Both the position numbers and the translations under genes were made by a program. Below, piece by piece: positions 1 to 5,140 of a stretch of DNA of 6,397 nucleotides (the stretch's first letter is position 1; each line of letters begins with the position of its first letter). The notes under the pieces are model-generated. The model did not search any database and was not told the origin of the DNA. It saw nothing but the letters and a program-made list of their open reading frames with translations. This DNA is from a virus. The DNA is taken from IMG/VR virus record IMGVR_UViG_3300045988_015741, positions 1 to 6,397 of that record. One strand, given 5' to 3'.

Positions 1-127
1 GAGAAACGCCGGAAAAATAATCCACGTTATAAGAGGAAGGATTAGCATTTTCCCATTGATTCCATCGAAAGAAATCCTGATAAATCTTTTGATAAGCAAG
101 AAGAGGGAAAATATTTACATAATTATT
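1..127. repeat. Terminal direct repeat, left copy. It is identical to 6271-6397 and is the assembly overlap of a circular 6270-nt genome.
   Basis: Block-by-block comparison of 1-127 (gagaaacgccggaaaaataatccacg...atatttacataattatt) with 6271-6397 shows identity over all 127 nt. The repeat lies inside one continuous reading frame, that of the capsid gene. Confidence 0.97.
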
Positions 128-718
128 TTGGATATATTGCTGAGTATAATTAGAAGAAGCTTCACTTACCAAAGAAGTAGACCACCAACGAGTACCAGAA
201 GAAGGAGCAGTACTCAGGATGTTACCATATCCAAGATATGAAAGAAGCTTAAAACTTAAATCAGCACGGCTAAAACCAAACATATTCTTATAAGAGGAAG
301 AATTAGAAGGATTATAACTCGACGCATTAAGACGATTCAAACAAGTAGAAAAATATTGTAAAGTTAAAGAGGGAAGATAAGAACCCAAAGACAAATTCTG
401 AGTTAAAGACAAAGCTTGAATCTGATTGATATCCTGCATCTGGGTAAGCACAGAAGGCGCAGACTTCCAAAGAAGACGCAACGGAACAGCATAGAAATCA
501 AAATATTCACGCAACCTGGTATAAGCAGAAGTCTCAACGGGCTGAGTACGAGTAAAATACTCAATGTTAAACTTATACTTATCACCGGGCATAGAAATAT
601 CCCAATAAACAGGGAGAAGCTCACCAACCTTTGCAGTAAATGCATTTTTACGTCCAATATCAAATCCAGAACGGTGAGGATGGTTCTGAAGATTGGACAT
701 TCCAGTGTAAGAAGCCAT
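1..718 (-). CDS. VP1: Major capsid protein VP1 (F-like jelly-roll), N-terminal part. The gene wraps around the circle and continues at 6270-5141.
   Basis: The minus-strand ATG is at 718-716. My hand translation of 718 down to 1 has no stop: MASYTGMSNLQNHPHRSGFDIGRKNAFTAKVGELLPVYWDISMPGDKYKFNIEYFTRTQPVETSAYTRLREYFDFYAVPLRLLWKSAPS...NVDYFSGVS. It is in frame with track ORF 5141..6295 through the repeat (718-25=693, divisible by 3). The N-terminal pattern (G.L.P, PGD, R..P, F..VP.R..W) is typical of Microviridae capsid proteins. The ORF track missed this part because it runs off the window edge. Confidence 0.93.
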   Translation of the reverse strand, partial: MASYTGMSNLQNHPHRSGFDIGRKNAFTAKVGELLPVYWDISMPGDKYKFNIEYFTRTQPVETSAYTRLREYFDFYAVPLRLLWKSAPSVLTQMQDINQIQALSLTQNLSLGSYLPSLTLQYFSTCLNRLNASSYNPSNSSSYKNMFGFSRADLSFKLLSYLGYGNILSTAPSSGTRWWSTSLVSEASSNYTQQYIQNNYVNIFPLLAYQKIYQDFFRWNQWENANPSSYNVDYFSGVS

Positions 719-746
719 AGAAAAAATAAATTAATAATTAAACATA

Positions 747-2447
747 CTATTCATATTCATATGAGAAAATACCTGACAAATCATTAACCTTCTTGTGTTT
801 AACCTTATCCCGACATTTCATCAACGCCGCGGCGACCAAACGACGAACAAAAGGTAATTTATCATAAGGAGTTTCCTCATCAAGAACAGACTTATCATAA
901 CGAAAAGAATAATTACGAATTTCAAAATCAACCAATTCCTTATCATTAGAATCTTCCAAGGTCTGATAAAAATCAACAAGGCGGTTGTATTCGTAACGAT
1001 TCCAAAAATTAACTATTTTGTCGGAAACAATACGCAAGAATCTGTCTCGGCCAAAATAGACTCCTCCAAAAGAGCCTTTGGATAAGAAGAAGTTCGTATC
1101 TCCGCTTGAGGAATATGTTTGAACAAATTTCTTAATTCCAAGAAAAAAACGGTAGACGCGGGAGATACGATGAACAGGCTCCAAATCAACACCATCATAC
1201 AAACGACATTCAGACAAGATGAGAATATCACTATGCGGTAGATTCGATTTAGGTAAAAGAATGTTACTTACGTCATTTCTTTTTCCATAATTATCTACAT
1301 AATTTAAATACTGTTTACAAAAAGACAACATGCTTTGCTTGGAAGCTTCGCTAAAAGGATCACATCTTATATCAGCGCATCCGCTACGAACGACTCGTTC
1401 GGGCGCTGTGAACGCAGCATAAAGTAACTGGTAAATACTCGATGAAGATTTACGAATAGCATCCGAAAATCGGGGGAATAGTCGAAGGAGATACGGCCAT
1501 GTAGGTTTAATTGTGCGAAAAAATCCATTGCGCTCAACGCACACTCCATCAAGACACTTATCGGCAACTTCGTCAATTTCGGTAATTCGTACCTTTCGAG
1601 GAAAGAGATTTGATTCTGTAAATCCAATGGAATGGAAGGATTTAGGTCGCACCACTTTTGGCATTTGAGTATAAAAGTTGGGTAAAGCGACAAAACTATT
1701 AACATAAGACGCAACATATGGAGCTGCGAATCCTCTCGAGAGTGACGCATCACAACGTCCGTAAGACCAAGCCTTAGATACATTTTCAAGAACAGTTTCC
1801 GAGAATCGTTCGGAATTGGAAAACAATAACAAATGCCAATGCGGGCGGAAACTGGTAGGGCCGTATTCTGATACAGCGTAGTAACGTAATTTTTCATCCG
1901 GGTAATAACTTCTTAAACGTTTCAAAAATAAATCAAGGTCACGATTACAAATATAAGGAATTCTATTCGGAATGTTATGTTTAATCTTACCAAAAATAGA
2001 TAACAAATCCTTGGGCTTCATAGGATAAGTAAATCTAACCTCAGGGTCTTTAAAGGTACGTTCTACAGTAGAATTTTTCAATTTAATAGAAGAGGAACGA
2101 GGAATGCTACGAAAACCAAACAAATAAGTATTAGGGTCACGAGCGTCCAAGTCATTAATATCGGGAACGACGGATACATCCGCAATATCATCAATGCAAG
2201 TTTCAACAACCGAAACCTCCAAAGTAGGAAGAAAGCGAGGAGCATAAGTAAGAGTAACAAAGTATATATATCGGAATTGAGCAGAATAAGTAGTGAGCAG
2301 GTTAGTCTGAATACCAGAACGGCGAAGAATACAAGAAGGGCAAGAGCCACAAGGAACAATAACAGGCTCGTGCGTGTATTTGTTGACAACCGTACGAGGA
2401 TTTTGACAACGAGTCACTAACTTATTCTGTAATTCCTTAGTAATCAT
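747..2447 (-). CDS. VP4: VP4 replication initiation protein (HUH rolling-circle endonuclease, phiX174 gpA-like)
   Basis: 566-aa ORF. It has a Cys cluster C14 ... PC33GSC36PSC39. RCR motif 1 is FVTLTY (aa 63-68). The HUH motif is RPHWHLLLF (H203/H205, nt 1841-1833, verified on the DNA). The two-tyrosine motif 3 is PYVASYVNS (Y244/Y248, nt 1718-1704), which closely resembles the YVAKYVNK active site of phiX174 gpA. The segment YYAVSEYG precedes the HUH motif, as in other microvirus VP4 proteins. Confidence 0.95.
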   Translation of the reverse strand: MITKELQNKLVTRCQNPRTVVNKYTHEPVIVPCGSCPSCILRRSGIQTNLLTTYSAQFRYIYFVTLTYAPRFLPTLEVSVVETCIDDIADVSVVPDINDLDARDPNTYLFGFRSIPRSSSIKLKNSTVERTFKDPEVRFTYPMKPKDLLSIFGKIKHNIPNRIPYICNRDLDLFLKRLRSYYPDEKLRYYAVSEYGPTSFRPHWHLLLFSNSERFSETVLENVSKAWSYGRCDASLSRGFAAPYVASYVNSFVALPNFYTQMPKVVRPKSFHSIGFTESNLFPRKVRITEIDEVADKCLDGVCVERNGFFRTIKPTWPYLLRLFPRFSDAIRKSSSSIYQLLYAAFTAPERVVRSGCADIRCDPFSEASKQSMLSFCKQYLNYVDNYGKRNDVSNILLPKSNLPHSDILILSECRLYDGVDLEPVHRISRVYRFFLGIKKFVQTYSSSGDTNFFLSKGSFGGVYFGRDRFLRIVSDKIVNFWNRYEYNRLVDFYQTLEDSNDKELVDFEIRNYSFRYDKSVLDEETPYDKLPFVRRLVAAALMKCRDKVKHKKVNDLSGIFSYEYE

Positions 2448-2752
2448 TTTCTATCAATAAAATTAAGCTCCATTTGACGGGGATTGCGGCCACGCGCAAA
2501 AGAAATGTGAATAAACGTACGATATTTTATAAGCTGGTCAAAAGTAAAAGGAGAATTTTTAATCAGAGAAATAAAATCCTCAACAGATAAATCGACAGGC
2601 TTTAAATCGATAGCGTCTCCAGTTAAATGCTGAGAACTAGGAGAACCGTTACAAGCAAGGTTTTGTTCCTTAGTACGAAAAGCAGAAGTAACAGTAAAAT
2701 GAATGTTACAACGGAGAAGCCATTCAACAAACTTCATTAGTTCAGGATTCAT
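2444..2752 (-). CDS. Peptidase M15 / LAS-family zinc peptidoglycan peptidase (putative endolysin)
   Basis: 102-aa ORF. The segment TSAFRTKEQNLACNGSPSSQHLTGDAIDL ... FIHIS matches the peptidase M15 (VanY / M15_3-like) signature SxxR..N...G....S.H..G.A.D plus a distal H. This gives a candidate zinc triad of H42-x6-D49 and H82. The stop codon overlaps the VP4 start as ATGA (2447-2444). Confidence 0.8.
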   Translation of the reverse strand: MNPELMKFVEWLLRCNIHFTVTSAFRTKEQNLACNGSPSSQHLTGDAIDLKPVDLSVEDFISLIKNSPFTFDQLIKYRTFIHISFARGRNPRQMELNFIDRK

Positions 2753-2761
2753 AATTTACGA

Positions 2762-2851
2762 TTACGAAAATATTTGAGCAATAGAAGTAAGAAGACTAAC
2801 AGCCGCAGCAATAATTGCAGACCAAATTTTAGATTTAGTTTCACTTTTCAT
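2762..2851 (-). CDS. 29-aa single-pass membrane peptide (holin-like candidate). It is the 3' part of the 66-aa ORF in the track.
   Basis: The internal ATG at 2851-2849 gives MKSETKSKIWSAIIAAAVSLLTSIAQIFS, a charged N-terminus followed by a ~20-residue hydrophobic helix. T-ending codons are 18 of 28 (64%), like the bona fide genes. The upstream part of the 66-aa ORF has only 11 of 36 (31%). The ORF ends 10 nt before the peptidase start. Confidence 0.5.
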   Translation of the reverse strand: MKSETKSKIWSAIIAAAVSLLTSIAQIFS

Positions 2852-3014
2852 CAGAAATTGCTTTAAAAGTTGAACAATGAGAAAGAATAAGCACACAATC
2901 AGGACACAGGTGAGAAGAAACAAATTCAGAAACTTCGTCAACGGGAACAAGAATGGTTTCATTTTGATTAGGATTTACCTTAGACTGAACAGAACACAAA
3001 TAATACTTTTCCAT
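2841..3014 (-). CDS. 57-aa Cys/His-rich acidic protein of unknown function. It is below the length cutoff of the ORF track.
   Basis: ATG at 3014-3012, the first ATG after an in-frame TAA at 3047-3045, and TGA at 2843-2841. Translation: MEKYYLCSVQSKVNPNQNETILVPVDEVSEFVSSHLCPDCVLILSHCSTFKAISDEK. T-ending codons are 35 of 56 (62%), matching the genome-wide coding bias. It is the first ORF downstream of the AT-rich promoter-like tract. C7, H35, C37, C40, H46 and C47 could be metal ligands. Confidence 0.55.
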   Translation of the reverse strand: MEKYYLCSVQSKVNPNQNETILVPVDEVSEFVSSHLCPDCVLILSHCSTFKAISDEK

Positions 3015-3056
3015 AACATTTAAAATTTTAATTATACATTGGTTTTAAAAACAGAA

Positions 3057-3124
3057 CAAAGATATAAATAAAAATTTGAAAAGAGCAAATACACAAATAT
3101 ATTATTAACATAAATAAACACAAG
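3057..3124 (-). promoter_or_regulatory. Two candidate Bacteroidetes-type promoters (-33 TTTG / -7 TAnnTTTG) for the minus-strand gene array
   Basis: Read on the minus strand, TTTG (3089-3086) is followed after 21 nt by TATCTTTG (3064-3057), and cTTG (3124-3121) is followed after 19 nt by TATATTTG (3101-3094). The tract 3021-3120 is 15% G+C by hand count and sits directly upstream of the first ORF (ATG at 3014). Such motifs arise easily in AT-rich DNA, so confidence is modest. Confidence 0.35.
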
Positions 3125-3128
3125 CTAT

Positions 3129-3420
3129 ATGAGTGGCAGGCTGGTCTGTGAGTTTGCATATATAAGACAAGAGGAGACTGAAAGCGATGAGGTAAATCGC
3201 TTTCCCTACGGGCAAACTCATGTAGGCTTCGCCAATTTATATTTTAAGAGGTATAGCAGCGACGGGGGAGAGGAACTCTCCGGGAGATTGCTTACGCGTT
3301 GCAAACGTCAAGTTTTAAGGATGGCAGTACTATAGCCTGACGGCTCTGATTCCAGTCGACGGAGTCTCCCAGAATTCAGGGGGGTGTATAACCACGCTAC
3401 GCGCGGTTGCCGGAAGTTAC
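3129..3420. other. GC-rich, highly structured non-coding island. Candidates are a complementary-strand origin, a structured RNA, or a foreign insert. Function unknown.
   Basis: There is no credible coding-strand ORF. G+C is about 51% (175 of 340, hand count over 3131-3470). Two coding samples gave 37% and 42%, and the adjacent tract gave 15%. Perfect stems are present. Stem A pairs 3149-3157 (tgagtttgc) with 3212-3220 (gcaaactca). It encloses hairpin B, which pairs 3180-3188 (gaaagcgat) with 3196-3204 (atcgctttc) around a 7-nt loop. Hairpin C pairs 3267-3272 (ggagag) with 3276-3281 (ctctcc) around a GAA loop. Long-range complementarities are 3137-3142/3334-3339 (caggct/agcctg), 3173-3179/3363-3369 (ggagact/agtctcc) and 3306-3310/3338-3342 (cgtca/tgacg). 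Confidence 0.6.
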
Positions 3421-3461
3421 TACAAACAACAAAGCCCGACGCGCATCACTGCGAGCCGGGC
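3421..3461 (-). terminator. Rho-independent terminator of the minus-strand transcription unit
   Basis: Minus-strand reading: GCCCGGC-U-CGCA-GUGA-UGCG-C-GUCGGGC (3461-3434). This gives 5 GC pairs, one G-U that pairs only in this orientation, one more GC pair, a mismatch, and 4 pairs closing a GUGA tetraloop. It is followed immediately by TTTGTTGTTTGT (3433-3422). It lies 57 nt downstream of the VP2 stop. The plus strand has no T-tract after the hairpin. Confidence 0.6.
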
Positions 3462-3518
3462 ACACATGACAAACAAAAAGACTAACGGCGAGAACCATAA
3501 TTGTAATTATAGTTAGCG

Positions 3519-4643
3519 TTAGTGCCCAGTGTTAGTATTGTGATTAACAGAACGAGGAAAAGACCTAGAAAAAATCCTACGAGGCATGAAATTTCCTATA
3601 GTATTACCGATACTAGTACCATATTCAACCCATTTATCAGCATCAAAATACTTATACTTTTTCTTTTCATTTCTAGCACGATACCATTCCTCAATATTCC
3701 TACTGCGAGCGTTGTCTTTAGGAAGCCCTAGTCTAAGTTCTTCATTATGATAAGCTGCAGCAGATTCATTAGCTGCAATATTGGCAGCAATTTGAGATTC
3801 AGCAATACGAGAAGCAACTTCATTAGAAATATTTTGACCACGAGTACGAGCAGCAGCCAAAGCTTCTTCAGCCAAAGCTTTTTTAGCTTCAGTATAAGAA
3901 AGATAACCAGCAGACATGCGCTGGTAGTAATCCGCAGCTTTAACATTTAAGTCAAGCTGTTGTTGTTGGTCAAGATACTTGTTCAAAATACCTTTAGCCT
4001 CATTATCGAGAAGCATACCAGCACGTTGAGCACGCATAATAAGACCGGTCATTGCCATGTTATCAACTTCCTGTTGTTCCTTAGCATAACCAAGTTGAGC
4101 ACGAGCTAGTCCAGTAGACCTCAAATAATTACGAGTTCCTTCAGTAAGTTTTCCCCAATCAATATTAGAAAGAATTTCCATAGCTTGGGCATCAGCAAGT
4201 TGTTTAGCACCTTGCAACTGAGATTTTTCAGATTGAATCAAATCATATTGGAAAATATTACCAATAGAAGAACCGATACCGGAGTAATCAACTTGAAAAG
4301 GTTGCATGGCAGCATTACCAGTAGAAGTAGCAGAAGCACCAGTACCAGCAGATTGAGCAGCACCAGCGGAACCTCCATTCATCATCAGATAAGGATTCAA
4401 ACCAGCTTCCTCGAGACGTTGGCGTTGGGCAGAAGCAGTGTTATAAGCGTTCTCCTTATTCCACATGTTTTCCTGCCAATCACGCTGCTGCATTGCCATA
4501 CGTTCGTTAAATTGGTTATTCATCTGATTAATTTTATAATTCATCTGGTTGGTTTCCCTGATATTTTGTCTATTCTGAGAGTTTTGAGCAGCAGAAGAAC
4601 CAAGACCAAGGAGACCACCAGCGATTGAACCAAGTAAGCCCAT
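3519..4643 (-). CDS. VP2: VP2 minor capsid / DNA pilot protein (H-like)
   Basis: 374-aa ORF. It has a Gly-rich hydrophobic N-terminus (MGLLGSIAGGLLGLGSS) and a Q/N-rich segment. It carries the conserved pilot-protein motif ENAYNTASAQRQRLEEAGLNPYLMM, which resembles the N-T-A-x-Q-R-x-x-x-x-x-AGLNP motif of gokushovirus VP2. A long Ala/Gln-rich helical central region follows. Its position after the capsid and scaffold-like genes is as expected. Confidence 0.9.
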   Translation of the reverse strand: MGLLGSIAGGLLGLGSSAAQNSQNRQNIRETNQMNYKINQMNNQFNERMAMQQRDWQENMWNKENAYNTASAQRQRLEEAGLNPYLMMNGGSAGAAQSAGTGASATSTGNAAMQPFQVDYSGIGSSIGNIFQYDLIQSEKSQLQGAKQLADAQAMEILSNIDWGKLTEGTRNYLRSTGLARAQLGYAKEQQEVDNMAMTGLIMRAQRAGMLLDNEAKGILNKYLDQQQQLDLNVKAADYYQRMSAGYLSYTEAKKALAEEALAAARTRGQNISNEVASRIAESQIAANIAANESAAAYHNEELRLGLPKDNARSRNIEEWYRARNEKKKYKYFDADKWVEYGTSIGNTIGNFMPRRIFSRSFPRSVNHNTNTGH

Positions 4644-5125
4644 TATTCAGAGGAAGCAGTATCAGCGGAAGCAGCAGCCGCCTTTTCTGCCTCTTGTTTA
4701 GCATTTTCAGCATCAATCAATTCTTGAGCTTGAAACTCGAGATGTTCAGCATAAACTGACAACTCTTTAGACCAAGCAATAATTTCAGAAGGAGCTTGAA
4801 CATGACGAGAACGAACCGTTGCCAAAAGGTCATCATCAGACATTTTATCCATAATCTGCTGAATCTGAGAAGCAGACCTATTACCTTGACCAAACTTAGA
4901 AGCAATAGAAAGACCAGCACGAGAAGCCAAGTCCTTGGTATGAAGAATCAAACGAACATCAGAAGTATAACGAACTGGACGAGTTTCATCAGTATCATAA
5001 ATCTCTACACGAAGCTCTTCAGTACAATCAAACTCAGGAGCAACAGCAAAAGCATCAGGCTCAACATTAGGAATAAGTCCACAACCTTGTTCCAGACATT
5101 CCAAAGAATTAAATTTTCCTATCAT
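4643..5125 (-). CDS. Acidic 160-aa protein, putative internal scaffolding protein (VP3-like by position, size and charge)
   Basis: The ORF has strong third-position T bias and lies between VP1 and VP2. It is rich in D/E and has a C-terminal Ala/Glu helical tail (ELIDAENAKQEAEKAAAASADTASSE). Its stop overlaps the VP2 start as TAATG (4645-4641). The functional call is an analogy with the ~150-aa VP3 of gokushoviruses. I cannot verify sequence homology by eye. Confidence 0.5.
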   Translation of the reverse strand: MIGKFNSLECLEQGCGLIPNVEPDAFAVAPEFDCTEELRVEIYDTDETRPVRYTSDVRLILHTKDLASRAGLSIASKFGQGNRSASQIQQIMDKMSDDDLLATVRSRHVQAPSEIIAWSKELSVYAEHLEFQAQELIDAENAKQEAEKAAAASADTASSE

Positions 5126-5140
5126 AATTAAAACAAAAAA

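Noticed and set aside
2762-2962. The 66-aa ORF as a single hydrophobic membrane protein
   Set aside because: Its first 36 codons have only 31% T-ending codons, against 62-64% for the overlapping 57-aa frame and for its own 3' part. It is more likely a chimera of a non-coding frame and a real 29-aa ORF.
3099-3110. atattattaaca matches 11 of 12 positions of the phiX174 origin core as I remember it (ATATTAATAACA, just 3' of the gpA nick site)
   Set aside because: The match is on the plus strand of the window, which is antisense to the genes. The nicked origin should be on the viral, sense strand. The motif is pure AT-rich sequence within a 15% G+C tract, so a near match is easily due to chance. 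It would need VP4 nicking assays to be taken seriously.
3104-3113. Minus-strand TTATGTTAAT resembles the XerD arm of the E. coli dif site (TTATGTTAAAT). This matters because integrase-less Bacteroidetes microvirus proviruses have been proposed to use host Xer recombination.
   Set aside because: Only one arm matches. The position where the XerC arm should lie after a 6-nt spacer (atatagcttgt) shows no resemblance and lacks the CATAA inner palindrome. The context is AT-rich, and I do not know the Bacteroidetes dif consensus well enough to judge. No lysogeny call is made.
3129-3335. Plus-strand 68-aa ORF inside the GC-rich island (MSGRLVCEFAYIRQEE...)
   Set aside because: It is on the strand opposite to all the genes. 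Its codon usage (AGG, AGA, GGG, CTA) is unlike the rest of the genome, and I recognise no motif. An open frame of 68 codons is unremarkable in ~50% G+C sequence across six frames. Perfect RNA/DNA stems run through it. It is kept only as a remote alternative.
3294-3376. Cluster of 6-bp restriction palindromes in the island: ACGCGT at 3294, GTCGAC at 3355 and GAATTC at 3372. Together they look like a cloning scar or polylinker.
   Set aside because: The sites are spread over 80 nt, embedded in unique sequence, with no vector-like flanks. GC-rich structured sequence naturally contains palindromic hexamers.
3129-3480. Search for tRNA, tmRNA, hammerhead (CUGAUGA...GAAA), twister, RNase P or SRP-like cores, for CRISPR repeats, and for canonical G-quadruplexes
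   Set aside because: There is no T-loop (GTTCRANYC) with a matching stem, no cloverleaf, no CUGAUGA on either strand of the island and no regularly spaced repeats. The G-runs (3264-3268, 3282-3284, 3379-3384) are too far apart for a canonical quadruplex. A covariance-model search is still needed, because a check by eye is weak for ribozymes.
3105-3498. Two short minus-strand ORFs in the non-coding region: 3498..3397 (33 aa, MVLAVSLFVCHVCPARSD...) and 3221..3105 (38 aa, MSLPVGKAIYLIAFSLLLSYICKL...)
   Set aside because: The first runs straight through the terminator hairpin. The second overlaps stem A and the candidate promoter boxes. Both are short, have mixed codon usage and have no supporting signal, so they cannot be distinguished from chance.
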